Shown here piece by piece: positions 43,880-59,663 of a stretch of DNA of 64,000 nt. Under the pieces are notes generated by a model. It saw nothing but the letters and a program-made list of their open reading frames with translations. It had not been told where the DNA came from and searched no databases. The translations under genes and the position numbers were made by a program. Every line of letters starts with the position of its first letter. Position 1 is the stretch's first letter. The stretch is taken from the NCBI RefSeq assembly GCF_009914755.1, contig NC_060940.1. The stretch is one strand, 5' to 3'. Source of the stretch: the human T2T-CHM13v2.0 reference genome, Homo sapiens.

Positions 43880-44634
43880 AGTATTTTTAATTTTAGATCC
43901 AGAGGGTCCGTGTGCAGATGTGTTGCACAGGTGTATGGTATAATGCTGGGGTTTGGGCTTCTATTGAACCCACCACTCAGACTGTGAATATAGTACCCAA
44001 TAGGTAGTTTTTCAAACCTTGACTCCTTCCCTCTGTCCCTCATTTCAGAGTCCTCAGTGTCTATTGTTTCCATCTTTACATCCATGTGTACCCATTGTTG
44101 AGCTCCCACTTATGAGTGAGAACATGTGATACTTGATTTTCTGTTTCCACATTAATTCACTCAGGATAATGACCTCCAGCTGCATCCATGTTGCTGTAGA
44201 GGACATGATTTTGTTCTTTTTTATGGCTGCATACTATTCCATGGTGTAGCTGGACCACATTTTCTTTATCCAATACACTGTTGTTGGGTACTTAGGTTGA
44301 TTCCATGACTTTTCTATTGTCAACAGTGTGATGATAAACACGAATGTGGATGTCTTTTTGATAGAGTGATTTCCTTTCCTTTAGGTAGATACCAAGTAGT
44401 TTGATTGCTGAGTTTAATGATAGTTCCATTTTTTGTTCTTTGAGAAATCCTCCATACTGTTTTCCATGGGGTTGAATTAATTTACATTCTCACCAAAAGT
44501 GTATAAACATTCCTTTTTTTCCATGGCCTTGCCAACATTTGTTATTTTTCACTTTTTAATAATAGCCACCCTGACTGGTGTGAGATGGCATCTCATTGTG
44601 GTTTTAACTTGCATTTTTGTGATGATAGTGATGT
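43880..44634 (-). mobile_element. L1PB-type 3' end
   Basis: tttagatccagaggg...gaacccaccactcag...agctcccacttatgagtgagaacatg. Confidence 0.85.
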
Positions 44635-45365
44635 CATCACTCCAAATTCTTGAGTGTTAATTGGATGGTCCCACCACATGATTTCTCAGATCTACCACAC
44701 TATGAACTACAGTGTGAACTACAAATCTACTATGAGTGTGAACTACAGTGTTCTGAAGAAACACATGTATGCATATATGCATTTGATCTGAAGAATCCTG
44801 TGGTAAGACAAGGATCATGCCCTTGTATTTCAGGGCAAACTTGAGTCTTCTGTGGACTTATTGGCCAGAGCTGGTGAATGAGCTGCTCTATACAGCAGAG
44901 CAAGCGAGGGGCCGAGCTTAAGAAAATCTTGGAATCAGTGCTGGGGGTGTATGCTGGGCAGGTTCCTGGGGCTTGGGGTATAAGGGGAGAGGATTCTGTA
45001 GATTTCCTTGTCGGCTCTTCCTTCACTCCTACACTGCCACCCACCTCTCTGAAGCACCTTTTCACTTTCTCAGCCTTGGATTTTGTGCTACTCTCTTTTT
45101 CTACAGTACCCAACTCCAGAGTGACATACATCAAGAGAGGGAAGAAGAAATCACAGCAATCCCATGTTGTTATCTAAACATTTTCTTGATTTGGTTATTG
45201 TACATGTACTTGCAACAATTTTTAACTGTTGATATTTATGTTGCATAAATAATTGAATGGCTTATAAGGGGCACTAAGAAAGACTTCGAACAGTCAAGTT
45301 CACCTGCAAATGCATGCTTCTAATGAGCTGAAGCTGACTGATGGGTCTATAGGTGTTCATTAGAT

Positions 45366-45587
45366 CAGTGGTCAGTATACTATTTTTTAAAGGGCCAGAT
45401 AGTAAATATTTTAGGCTTTGCAGGCCATATGGTCTCCATCACAACTATTCAGCTCTGCCATTGCAGCATGAAAGCAGCCATAGACAATATGTAAATGGAT
45501 AAATGTGGCTGCATTCCACTAAAACTTTATTTACAAAAACAGGTGGCAGGCCAGATTTAGCTCATGGGACAAAATTTTCCAACTCTG
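45366..45587 (+). mobile_element. MER58A hAT-Charlie MITE inside an old L1 3' fragment
   Basis: cag...aagggccagatagtaaatattttaggctttgcaggccata...ctg. Confidence 0.85.
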
Positions 45588-46279
45588 CCTTATTCTATCT
45601 AGTTTAGTAGATGTTTCAAAATTTCCATGATAAACTTTAAACTATTTGTGCTTGAAGTTATATGTGACAATTTCTTAAGGAGTGAGATTGTAATTATAAA
45701 ATTATTACCCTATATTGCTATGCACAGAGTGAATAGTCACTCAATGACAGTAATTACTTTTTGGTAAAAACAAGCTTTTTCCTTGTGAATGAGATAGAAT
45801 ATTTGGCAATTATCTAAAAAATGTTGGAGATAACTAGACAGAGTTTCTGCAAACTCTGGGTTAAAAAAAAGTACCCTAATTTTGCCTGAATTATTTAGAC
45901 TGACTAGTGAGACTTAGCTGAGGAGTTAAGCATCAAATTTGGCATAACTCTCTTTTTTAATTTCCAAAGCCAATAATCTACAAACTCCAGCCATGTCCCT
46001 TATGTCTCAGGCTGGGCAGGTGTGATTTAGGAAGCGACAGTCCTGCTTTCGGGCAGCAATTGTTTCTGACGCTCACCAAAGCCAATTTTCACTCCTCTGC
46101 TGCTACATCTGTTTCCATAGAAATGGACACCAGCTCAGCTAAAACAAGGTAACTGAAGTTTTAAAACAGAGATTATTTGGACTCTCAGTTTCTATGAAAA
46201 TCTCAGTTAGCAATCAAGGATCACTGTTTAGATCGTGATTTCTTTTTTCATCCCCGAGATAAGATACCAGACTTCGTGC

Positions 46280-46385
46280 AACAGTTTCGTCTGTCAAATG
46301 GGGATGATAATAGAACCTGCCTTATAAGAACATTACGTGGGTTAAATGAGGTTAGCACAGGGCCTGACATTTGATAACTCTCCAG
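46280..46385 (+). mobile_element. MIR fragment
   Basis: tctgtcaaatggggatgataatag...gcacagggcctgaca. Confidence 0.6.
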
Positions 46386-46500
46386 GCGACTAAAGACAAG
46401 TGGTAAATTTTGGTTTATTCCACAGCTATTAAAAATAGTATTATGGAGGGTGATGAATAGCAGGTAAACTTCTTACATTAAAGAGTTAAGTGAAAAATCA

Positions 46501-47097
<597 letters not shown>

Positions 47098-47805
47098 AAG
47101 TTAAGTAAAAAAAAAATGATAAAAATAATCCTATGCTCTTTTCTCAATAACAAAATATGCATAGAGAAAAATTAGAAATAATGCTGTAGTAAACTCAAAT
47201 TATTTTCATCTTTGCAAAGTAAGTCTATGTTCAATGTTTAATACTAGCTTCTAGCATTATGAATTGGTTTATGTGACTACATTTTGTGTGCGTTTGATTT
47301 TTGTATGATTTGAATGTTGCAAAGCGAACCTGTAAGTGTGTTTACTGTGGGCAAAAAGCTGTTTTTTGTATATACGGTATAAAATGCTGTTTTGAATTCA
47401 ATCACTTAATAGCATTTCCCATGGGATCTAAAATGCGTCAAAGTAAAATGAAATGAGCATTCTGTGTTGTTTTGGGCAGGGATGAATTCTGCTGGGCAAG
47501 ACTGGGGTTCCCAGTTTCCTCCACCTGCAGGATGGAGCAAGTGGACTAAGTCCCAGTGGAATTACCAGTGGAATTTTTTGTCTTACCTACTTGTGGCTGG
47601 GCTTAGAAGGTGGTCCTAAAAGTAAGAGAAGTGACATGACTGCTGCTACAAAAAATAGTTGGAAAACAGAGTTTTCTGTTAAGGAGGAAATTAATTTTGT
47701 TCTCTTTGTCTTTCCTGAAATCTGATTCACTCAGTGATTGCCCACCGTGATATTTTAGTTGGGAGTACAATGCGTTCTCTTTTTCTTCCCCTCCCCCCTA
47801 CCGTA

Positions 47806-47827
47806 CTCTCTCTCTCTCTCTCTCTCT
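47806..47827. repeat. (CT)11 microsatellite
   Basis: Read directly from the sequence. Confidence 0.9.
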
Positions 47828-47982
47828 GTAGTGTGCTATATTTTAGACAAATTAAATGACATTTTTTAGAGTTCCTCTCTGAGCAATGTGAAATAGAAAT
47901 TAGAGAATTGTTAAAATACGAAACTTTCAAATACTGACAAAGTGCTCTTATGTATTATTGGTTGAAATGACCTAATACCTCT

Positions 47983-48531
47983 TCTTTTTTTTTTTTAAAT
48001 ATACATTCAACTTTTAGATTCAGGGGGTACATGTGCAGGTTTTTTACATGGGTAAATTGCTTAATATTGAGGTTAGAAGTACGATTGATCCCATCACCCA
48101 GGTATTGAGCCTAGTAGCCAATAGATGGTTATTCAACCCTTGCCCCCACTCTCTCCTCCCTTTACCAGTCTCCAGTGTCTGTTTTTGCCATTTTTATGTC
48201 CATGAGTATCAAATGTTTAGCTTCCACTGATAAGTGAGAACATGTGGTATTTGATTTTCTGTTGCTGCATTAAATCGCTTGGGATAATGGCCTCCAGCTC
48301 CATCTGTGTTGCTGCAAAGGACATGATTTCTTTCTTTTTATGGCTGTGTAGTATTCCATGGGGTATATGTACCACATTTTCTTTATCCAGTCCACCACTG
48401 ATGGGCACCTAGGTCGATTCCGTGACTTTGCTATTGTGAATAGTGTTGTGGTGAACACATGAGCGCATGTGTCTTTTTTGGTCGAACGATTTTTTTTTCT
48501 TTTGAATATATACTCAATAATGGAATTGCTA
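47983..48531 (-). mobile_element. L1PA16/17-like 3' end with TSD
   Basis: Poly(T) tail. TSD gaaatgacc(t/c)aata at 47964-47977 and 48532-48545. Confidence 0.85.
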
Positions 48532-48569
48532 GAAATGACCCAATATTTCTGAAGAACAATAAGGTAGAA

Positions 48570-49700
48570 CATATCAAGAGTCTTAACAATATTTGTATCC
48601 TTCAATTCGCTGATTACTCTTCCAGGAATTTATCCTGAAAAAACAATCCAGAATGTTGGCACGGATGTTCCTTGAAGTGTTATTTTTCCAACCAAAGAGG
48701 AAAAACTGAAACTAACTCCAATGCCCATAAGGGGCGAACAATTTAGTGAATTATAGTAGATGAGACTTTGTGCAATCGTTAAAGATGCTTACAAATTTTT
48801 CTTCTATAAAGAAATCTTTATGTCATAATTAATTTAAAAATAAAGATTTTAAGTTGCAAATATAGTCTACTCATATCTATGTAATAATATAACATATAAA
48901 TATACAATGTATACAATGGAAAGACATAGCCCAACAAGAGGCTCATTTATTTTAAAGTTAATGTTTAATTATATAAAATGTATGAATACATTTTTATATA
49001 AAAAAATTAAAATATTACACTAACACTCAATCCCCTTCAACAGCCATGCCCAGTTCTAACTACCTGTCTTCCTATTCTAAGATAATACCTGGAGTTTTTT
49101 TTGTTATTGGATTTTTAAAACAATCTTCTTTATACTTTTCTATTTTCCCCAATTTTTCTGTATTTCTGTAATAGCGTATGTTACTTTTAGAGTGTATATG
49201 TATTTATGAGGTCAGAAGATAATTTCAAAGAGAAGTGAAAAATAAAACAATCATACGATGCCATTTCACACCCATCAAAGTGAAACATTTGTTTTTAAAA
49301 ATCTGATAACACTATTTGCTTGCAAGGATGTAGGAAAGGAGTGAGGAATGCTAAACCATTTCCAGAAGAAGTGTTAATTGATACAACTACTTTAGAAAGC
49401 AATTTGGTAAAACACAGGATATATCTTTCTACTCAACAATCACACCTCTAGGTATATGTCCTGGAGAAACTCTCACACGTGGACAAGGAAACACGTACAA
49501 GGATGTTCTTTACAACATTGCTTGCAACAGTAAAAATCTGGAAGCAAACTAAATATTTATCAATAGGGGACCAGATACAGCAGTTTCTATGTTTGTATTA
49601 TTCAGATCTATGTGATAATACAGAATTAGGTGAAATATTATGTTGCGAATAAGACAGTCTGATACAATTTCTATAAAATTTAGAAATACACAAACCACTT
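48570..49700. mobile_element. Ancient L1ME fragments
   Basis: ggaatttatcctgaa; gatgccatttcacacccatca...aaagcaatttgg. Confidence 0.6.
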
Positions 49701-49972
49701 TCAATTCCAATTAAGGTGGACTAAGCACATTCTATTCTGTTTTTCCCACTGAATGCAACTAAAAGTCTGGAACAGAATATGTGGGGCAACTATCTGAGGA
49801 CTGAAAAGTAAATTGGGGATCAGGCAGACTGGGGAGAAAATCTGAACTTGAAATATGGCTGATGTGGCAGTGAAGTCCCTGCCATTTCCTCCTCTATATA
49901 TTCTGGTGTTAGCTCAAAGGCAAGAGAATCCTGGAACAGCTCACTAAATGTGAAAAAAAATAAAAAGCCTTA

Positions 49973-50302
<330 letters not shown>

Positions 50303-52044
50303 CTAGTCAGAAAAGTAGGCAGAGGAGCTCTTAGCAGACAGAGAGAGCAGAGAAGGTGTGGGAAATTTGTTTGTATTTTTTATTTCTCTCATCATTCCTG
50401 AAAGTTCCCTGTGGCAATGATGGCGGCAGTGGCCAGGCCAGCACCTAAAATTCTAAGGAACATAAATCCTTCTCTCTGGCTATAACTGCTGTCTGAAGAA
50501 GTGGGGAGATCCTTATTGTTTTTTTCTCTCTGTAGACTCAAACCACTTGGCCTCTGAGGTGGCCCCAATGATGGGAAGTGCACAGCACTTTAGGGAGACT
50601 AAAGCCCAGGGTTTCTAGCCAGAGGACAGGAAAGGAGCCCCCAAGGAGAGAGTGTAGAGATCAGACTGTGGAGAGGGGAAAGCTTGAGAAAAGGATTCCA
50701 TGAGGTTATGGATGAACCCATGGGTTCAATCCCTAAGCAGCACATGCTGATTGTAAACAGCATGCTAATGATTTTGAGAACTGAACTATAGGGGTAGACC
50801 ACCAGCCTAGTCTCCAGCGGGCCTAGGTGTGGGTGACACACACAGCATATGTCTGAATAGTATTGCAAATAATTTAAAAACAGAACTGACATTGAAACTA
50901 CAGTTGATCAAAACTTGTGGCTGATCCTAACTGAGTCTATTGCCTACTAAACATAAATAAACAAACAAATAAGTATTCTCCATAGGATTTAAATAGGACT
51001 GGGAGTCTCAACACAATATTCAAAATGTTCGGTATACAACCTGAAATTATTCAACATACAAAATACCAGAAAAAATAAAACACCATGCAAGAAGAAAGAC
51101 AACAGATGCCCTCTCCAAGATGATTCCAATGTCAGAATTATTAGACATCATAGTCTGTAAAGTGGCCATTAAAATCATGCTCCAAGAAGTAAGCTTGAAT
51201 GATCTTGAAACAAATAAAAAGTTTCAGCAAAGATACACAGATATAAAACAAAAAAGAGCCAAATGGAAGTTTTAGAACTATTTAGAATATAAATGTACAT
51301 ACTGAAATAAAACATTAACTTAATATCCTCGGTAGCAGAATGGAGATTACAAAGGAAAGAGTAAGTGAACTTGAAGATAGATAAATAGAGAACACCCAAG
51401 CTGAAAGACAGAGGAGAAAAAGATTAAAAAATAAAATTACCCATGAGATAATATCAAAAGGTCTAACACTTACATGACTGAAGTTTCTAAAAAACAGAAG
51501 AAGAAATGTGAATAAAATATGTTTGAAGAAACATATTTTATGTTGACAACTTCCCAAATTTGGTAAAAGATATAAAGTTACAGATTCAAGAACCTCAGCA
51601 AACCTCAGACAGGTCAAACTCAAAGAAATATACACACAAACACATCATAATTAGACTGCTAAAATCCAAAGATGAAAAAATTGTGAAAGCAGCCAGAGAA
51701 AGACAGACATAAGTAAGCTGAATAACTTCAGATTTCTCATTGGAAACCATGGAGGCCATGAAGCAGTGGAACAATATTTTTTAAGTGCTCAAAGATCCAG
51801 AATTCTGTATCCAGTGAAAACATCTTTCTTGAATAAAGATTTAAAAAGGACACCCTTGGGTGAAGGAAAATTAAGATAATTCACTGCCAGCATACCTGCT
51901 CTAAAAGATATGTAAAAATAAGTTTATGTTTGTCACATGGAAGAAAAATAATACTAGAAAGAAATTCAAGGTAAAGGAAGAACAGCAGAAATGCTTTGTT
52001 GGCAAATGTAATAGACTGTTTTCTCCCTTCAAGTTTTTAAGTCA

Positions 52045-52387
<343 letters not shown>

Positions 52388-52548
52388 TTAACATTGTCCA
52401 GTAGAATTTTCAATATACATTTATATACTACATATGATAATTGCAGGATAAAGAGGGAAGGGTAAAGGGATCTGTATGGTGATAAAGTTTTGACGTTCCA
52501 AATGAAGTGATAAACACTAATTCTAAGTAGACTGTGAAAATTTAAGTT

Positions 52549-53186
52549 CAGTTGATTCTTGTTACTTATAGTAGTTTTGTTCTATAAAATCTCCATGAGC
52601 ATTGAATTAGCAAATATTAAACTATTGCTTCCAGGGTTATGTTCCTGTAAGCCTTTGGTCACACAATTTTTAGCAACTGATCAATACATAAACTTGCTTT
52701 ATGTATGTTTCTGTTTAAAGGTGCCTTATTTAATATATTTTGTTGATTCATTGACATTGAACTCACAGCCAACAGCACTTCAACTTGTTCTTGAGCAAAG
52801 CTGATCTAACACACATCTTTTCTTTGTAAGGCACAGCACAATATTCTTGTGCTTAAGGACACAAGACAACACTTCAGGATTGGAGGCCATTTTAAACATT
52901 GAATTTACAAAAAAGAAAGCATAAAAGTGTAAAAAATGTGGCACTAAGTAGACCATGAAAAGGACAGTTGGCTACATTATGAAAGCTGAATCAAGGAAGT
53001 GACTATCACCTGGTTCAACTTCAGCTGAGAATGTGCACATTGAGTGACTCAAACTTGTCACCATTCTGTGCATGTCTGCAAAGGACTGCAAAAGTGCCTG
53101 CCACAAATATTGACTCTGTGGTTAACAAATTTTAGTTAGCAGGGGAATTCACAAATACAAAATTCATAAATAATGAGGATCAGATG
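52549..53186 (+). mobile_element. MER82 (TcMar-Tigger) DNA transposon
   Basis: Imperfect TIRs cagttgattcttgtta / taatgaggatcagatg followed by TA; about 640 bp long. Confidence 0.75.
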
Positions 53187-53611
53187 TATGTTTATTATAA
53201 TCCCTAGAGCAGACACTTAAAAAAAAGTATACAATAAGACATAGTAAAAGCAGTAGAGTTATATCTCAAAATAATAATATTTTCAAATCACCAGAAAAAT
53301 ACTACAGTTCCAAATTTGTATGCTCCTAAAAACATAGCCTCAAAATGTATAAAGGAAATTATGACAAAGATAGAATAATAAAGGAAAATCTGTAATCATA
53401 ACGGGGATTTAAAAGTATCTTTCCTTCTGCAACTGCTTGAAAAGGCAGGCAAAAAATCAGTAAGAATATATAATATTTGAATAACCTGTGTTTTATAAAG
53501 ATTAAAAGACTACAAAAACTGCAAAATATTTATTCTTTTCAATCATACAGAAATCATTTGTAATAATTTACCATTTTCAGTTATTCACTTGCATTAATGA
53601 CCCTTTAAAAA

Positions 53612-53893
53612 GTGTGGTGGCTCATGCCTGTTATTTCAGCACTCTGGGAGGCCAAGGTGGGCAGATCATCTGAGGCCAGGAGTTTGAGACCAGCCTGGTG
53701 AACATGGCAAAACCCTGTCTCTACTAAAAATAGAAAATTAGCCAGGCATAGTGGCACATGCCTGTAACCCCAGCTACTGAGGCACAAGAATTGCTTGAAC
53801 CTGGGACATGGAGGCTGCTGTGAACAGAGATTGTACCACTGCACTCCAGCCTGGGTGACAGAGTGAGACTGTCTCAGAAAAAAAAAAAAAAAA
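53612..53893 (+). mobile_element. AluS, slightly 5' truncated
   Basis: Dimer with poly(A). Confidence 0.9.
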
Positions 53894-55469
53894 TTATACA
53901 TTCAAAACTTTCTTGTGGAATGTAACTAAAGCTATGCCTAGAGGAAAAATTATAATTTTAAATGCATATTTAAAAAGAAGGGCTGTTATCAATGAACTAA
54001 GCATCTATTTTACGAAGCTGGAACAAGAATGTGAAGTCAAACGTGAAGAAATTAGAAGAAAGGAAATACTAACTCCAAGAGAAGAATTGATGAAATATTA
54101 AATTATTAAGCAGATTAATAATATTTGATATCTCTCTTGAGGCTGATTAAAAAAAAGAGGGAATACTGAAATAACCAATGTCAGATATGAACAAAGCAGG
54201 CATCACTTCAAATCCTACAGACATAAAACATTAATAGATAAAATAGGAAATTTTCTTTAAAATGCAACTTACTAAAAATGACACAAGAAGAATTAGAAAA
54301 TCTGAATAGTGTACTGTTCTGTATATGTGATATATGTCACACTAAAAAAGTTTACAAGTTTGAAAATAAAGTTAAGAATCACAGGGCTGGAGGGTCATCT
54401 AGTAAGTCAGTTGCTTTATTAACTGCTTTTAAGCAGATGAATATGTGGATTCAAATTTTATGAAACCCTAAATACGCAACATAATTTAAAAGGATAGGGG
54501 TTACTTACCTTTAATTTCAATTTAGATAAATGAAAAGTCAATTTATAGTCTTTCATATGATAGTGCTTGAAAAACTGGATAACATGATGTTAGAACTTGA
54601 TAAAACCCCTGAAAGGTTAATAATCAAAAGAAAGGTAGACCCATCTATGGTCTTCTTGACACAGCTTTCATTCGGCTTTCATTCCTCTTAATTTCCTTGA
54701 CACTCAAACAATTCTTCCTATTTTGATGTCAGTACATTTCATTCTTATGTGAATTAAGAAAAAAAACTGGTCTGTATCTGCCTTGTAACACCTTCTGATG
54801 GAAGAAACCAGCTCACCCATTTTTCCTATTTTCCCTAAATGAATATTATACTTTTCACTTGTCCTGGGATGACATGCTGGTACACGATGAATGTATTTTT
54901 GGGGGGCCTACACTGAGTTTTAAAAAGAGTTTCGATTCCTTATAAATCCAGCTGGATTTAGGCTTCATCACAATGCAAGCACTTACTGCCTGTTGTACTT
55001 ACGTTAGCTGCTCCTTTTAGAACAATGACTCTATTATTTCACCAAACCCTGTCTCTACAGAGTTCCAGCCATACAGCTGGGGTTTTGGGATTGATTCTGA
55101 CCTCTAAGAGGGGAAAGCCAGTTTGCTCAGCACTCAGGCTACTGAGATGCTGCTGGTGTGACTCTGCCTCTTTTCTACTTTGATTCTGTGATTCTGTGAC
55201 TGGTTCCTCCCTCTACTCCGTTTATGGTATTATGTTTTCATATGTGAATCTCAGTCATTATAGCTTTGCCATATGCTTCAGTTTCTCACAAAAACCTTCC
55301 CCTCTCCACCCCTGTCCTCTCCCCTCTCCTACCACTGAAAGACTGCTCCCTAGTCTTGGCTGAGTGACTGTGTTCCCATCTCTTGTTCAGAGGCTTCCCA
55401 TCATGACCAGGGTGCTGAGACATTGCCAGTCCCCCTTACAGGGAAGGACAGCATGAAATGTTGCAAGGG

Positions 55470-55635
55470 GCTTAAAATCAAATAGATGTGGGTTAAGAAT
55501 CTTGACTCTGACATGTACAGGCTTTTTCCTATTACTCAACCTCTTTGGGTTTCATTTTTCTCATCTGTAAAGAGAAAGTGATGATGACTATCATAAATTT
55601 GTAGGAGAATTAAATGAAAACTTATAACAAGCACT
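55470..55635 (+). mobile_element. MIR
   Basis: tctcatctgtaaa...gagaattaaatgaaa. Confidence 0.6.
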
Positions 55636-55899
55636 CCTTTTGGCCCGTATTCCCACCCTTTCCTAAATTTCCAACACCAGACCTACTTTTGCTGCCTGTG
55701 GAGTAAAGAACTTACATGCTCCCCAGTGTCCTCCACTGGCCCAGTTTCTTCCCATCTGGTTCCTTATGTTACCTCCTAAGACTTACGTTCTTAGTCTGTA
55801 ACCCCGGTTTCCCCTCATCCTTGTCAATATTTTGTGGTCGAAACTTTCGTAGAAGGGAAAGCCAAGACATAACCTATCCAGTGTAGTAACTTTCTGTTA

Positions 55900-56597
55900 T
55901 GGCATCCATTCTATTTCAACCACAACTTGGTATCCTACAATTTACTTCTGACTCTAGCCACCCAGAATTAATGTTCAACTCTAGAGATTTAAGGGCTCAG
56001 TCCTCCACAAGACTGTGCTGACTTCAGATACCAAACACACCCTGGGGGTTTTCGGGCTGCACTTCTGATGAACTGGCTATAAGTTTAGGGGTCCCCATGA
56101 CCCTCTCAGTTTTGATAGTTCACTAGAATGACTCACAGAACTTAGGAAAGCAATACACTTATGAATACAACTTTATTTTAAAGGATGCATATAGGGAAGG
56201 GAAGGTCTTGAACATAGAGCTTCCATGCCCTATTTCCAGGGAGTAAGGCTTGTGACTTTCCTGGCACATCAGTGTGTTTAGCAACCAAGAAGCTACACTG
56301 AGCTTTGTTATCCAGAGTGTTTATTGGAGTCTCATTACACAGGCACACTTGATTAAATCACTGGCCATGTGATTGAACTCAATTTCCAGCCCCTGTTCTC
56401 TTCCTGGAGGTTGATCTGGCCAAAATCCCAACACTTTAATCACCTTGTTGGTCTTTCTGGTGATCAGTCCCCATCCTCAAGCTATTTAAGGGCCCACTAT
56501 GAGTAATCTTATTAGCATAACAATGACACCTATGGCTCAAGAAATTCCAAGGGTGTTAGAATCTCCCATGACAAAAACTAAATTCTGTATTATACTT
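55900..56597 (-). mobile_element. MER21-family solo LTR
   Basis: gaatgactcacagaacttaggaaagc...ttgattaaatcactggcca...gaaattccaaggg. Confidence 0.75.
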
Positions 56598-57119
56598 ATG
56601 ACATCTAATAAGTACTCTTTGATTAGGATGAGAGATTTTATTCTTCCCAGAAGATAAAGGACATAATTCAATGCCAGAAAGTGTAACAGATTAAAACCTA
56701 GAAGGCAGATATATTTTGATACATTTTGTTCCTGAACTCAACTCAATTCAAGGTGCACATAGCTAAGCAATTCAGTGAATGCCTTTTTAAAATAATAGCT
56801 TACCAAGTAGAGCTTTCTTTGACTTCTCAAGTATGAGTTTTGTAGGGGTTGGTAGCATGTGTACTAGAAATTCTTTTCCACTATTCAAAAAACATAGTTT
56901 CAGGATCTTTGCTTTGCAAATGCCATGCTCCACAAAGCAGACTTCCAGCTGTAGTAGCTGTTTTGGCTAATTTTTGATGTTATCAAATTATTTTTCTGTA
57001 AGGAAAGGCTAGGAATAAAAAAAGAAAAGATAACTATAGTATTGAATTCTATGGTTGGTCAAGTCCTCAAGTTCTTCTAGTTCAATCCCTGGATATGATA
57101 TCTGGGTTATTTCACAATA

Positions 57120-57290
57120 TTTCCAACAAGGCTTTGTCCAGTTTTTACCTAGATATCTCCTATGCTTGGGTATTCACTACCTCCAGGGCAGCCTATTCCA
57201 TGATTGGACAGCCCTGTCTGTGAGAAAGTTCTGTTACATTGAGTTGACACCAGTATCCTCATATTTTCCAGCTGGTGGTTCTAGCTCTTA
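57120..57290 (-). mobile_element. L3/CR1-like fragment
   Basis: tcactacctccagggcagcctattcca...ggacagc...agaaagttc. Confidence 0.55.
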
Positions 57291-57499
57291 TTCTTGCAGA
57301 TTGAGAAAAGGATGAGGTACATTCTATCAAAGATGCATGAAAACAGCTATTTCTGCAGGTAGAAGAGGGGTCTTGATATCTTGAGAGTTTTAGCTCCAGG
57401 AAAGAGGGTGGTCAAGAGTCTGTTTTATGGCTCCCTTTAGATGTTAACCTGGGAATTTTGTCACTAGAAATTCTGCTAATAATGATATTGAAGTCAATA

Positions 57500-57720
57500 A
57501 AATATTAGCTAGCATTTTTAGTGCTATTATATGCCAGGAGCTTTCTTTGCATGGTAACTTAATTTTCAAAACAATCCTATTGATAGACACGATTGCTTTC
57601 ATTGCTTTGCAGATAAATTGATGGAGACTCAGAGAGGTCAAATGACTTGCTCAAGATCTCTCAATGAAAGGAGCCGGTTCCAAACCTTGTATCTTAACTC
57701 CAGAACCCGTATTCTTAGTG
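57500..57720 (-). mobile_element. MIR (MIRb-like)
   Basis: gagactcagagaggtcaaatgacttgctcaagatc. Confidence 0.75.
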
Positions 57721-58234
57721 GAAGATTCACTGTCACCTTGCACAGGGGTAGGGCAGTTTGGGTAGCTGGAGTCCCAGCATAAGATGGTAGTGGCAGCACA
57801 GTGGGAAAAAAAATCCAAAATAAAAATAAAATGGTCGTTGGTACCAGAATCTAATTCTGTGACTGGTGGCCTAAGAGTCTATTTTTGTAATCTAGACAAC
57901 TTTCCTGGAAACATCCCACCCCAGGGCATGTTACTAGCTGGATGTCACCTCACAAATGGTTTTACAGATAATTGGTACCATCAAGAATATTGGTCTGAAA
58001 TTGCTTCATGGGTTAGTAACTGCCCAGGGTCATGGTAACTCAATGAGTGAAGGTTTCTCTGGGCTGAGGATGACAAGTAGCTCCACAGTGAAAGACTTAG
58101 GACTGAGGCAATGAAAGGAAGGTTTCAGGGAGTCTCATCAGAGAATGAACCCAGGGGCTCTCCCCATTTCCTTGCCCTCAAAACCTCCATAAGATATCTG
58201 ACCACACTTGCTCAAGATGCCACCATTGTCAAAA

Positions 58235-58770
58235 TACACACAGTTCCTGCCCTATGCATTTTCTTTGATAAATCCAGCTAAGCTAGGACTGAAGACATAA
58301 ATCACCTGTGGCATCTGCCTTGGAAATCCAGAGATCCATGTGAAAGATAAGATGAATGCACAAATCTTGGCAATACAAGGCATGCAATGAATGGTCTAAG
58401 GGGGAAATAAGCAAAATGATGTGGTGTCTAAAGGAGAGAGCAGTCATTTTTTTCTTGTTGAGAATAAAAGAAGGGTTAACCAAGAAGGCGGTATTTTAAT
58501 CTGGCAGTCAAAACTGGAGGCCACCATCTGAGTCTAGCCCATAGATGTGTGGTAAAGCAAAGGATGCTACTTGTGTAAGGTAACACATCAAACAAGCATG
58601 GGGGTTATATGGGAAAACTCTTTGCTAGATGTTTGTTGTGATGGAAACTGTACAGGGCACATGAGAGGTTGAATTTGGAAGATAGGCCAGGACTAGATTA
58701 TGGAGCAAGTTGCCAAGAAATGTGAATTTTCTTTCTTATTAAATATGTGCCACAATGGGATCCTTGTGGG
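58235..58770 (-). mobile_element. L2 fragment
   Basis: cacagttcctgccct...gataggccaggactagattatggag. Confidence 0.5.
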
Positions 58771-59663
58771 ATAGAACTGTCCTGTGTCTCTCTAGCCCTT
58801 CTCTCCAGGAGAACACTGAAGAAGGATGGAGGTGAAATCATCAAAATACTCATGAGTCATTCCTGCTTATTTGGTGACAGTATTATGTGCCAAGGGGTGG
58901 TTATCGTTACAGGACTAGGAGGACTCTAAGAGGATTAGCAGATGATATATTTTTATGTGGTTAAACTAAGAAACAAGCACATCTTAAATGATACATTATT
59001 GGGAATAGAGTGTATTGTGTGTGAGCTTCATTTTATACACAACACACAGATAAGAATTCCTGAAAAAGGCAGCTCTAAACTGTGGCTGCCTCAGAATCAC
59101 TAACAGCGGCCAGCCTTCTTCCTGCTGTACTCCAACCAGCCAGACTCTGTTTGCCTTGCTCTGAGTACTGTAGGTTGGAAGGATTCCATCTTTAGTCTTC
59201 ACTTTATTTTCATCTAATATGCCAATTATGGGTCTTGCTGATCTGTTCATGGGCAGTTTTCCAGAAGGCCTGTCTCACTTTGTATAGATTAAATCAATTA
59301 TGCTGATTCTATTCCATTGACAACACATGGAGGACAATTATTATTCAGGTTCTCCACTTCTAATTCCTGATTTGGATCTACAGCTTGTTCCAGGAATCAT
59401 CCCTCTTCTTCTTGTACCGTCTCTATCTGGACACAGATCCTGGAGTTATTTCTCTCTCCCTGCCTGAGGAAAGATGAATTTAGCATTACCACTTTGGAGT
59501 CATCACAGAATTGTTTGAATGCAAAGCTCTATTGGCTACATCTTGCTATGACAGAGCCTTAGCTGTCACTGAACTTTTCCAAGAATGTGATGAAACCATT
59601 GACCTAGAGCCTAGAGACCTGACCTTCAGCCCTGACTTTGCCAGTAACTTTCTCGGGTGGACT

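Noticed and set aside
44700-44752. Repeated tgaactaca units resembling a repeat-spacer array
   Set aside because: Only three short irregular copies, consistent with local slippage. Not CRISPR, and the context is eukaryotic.
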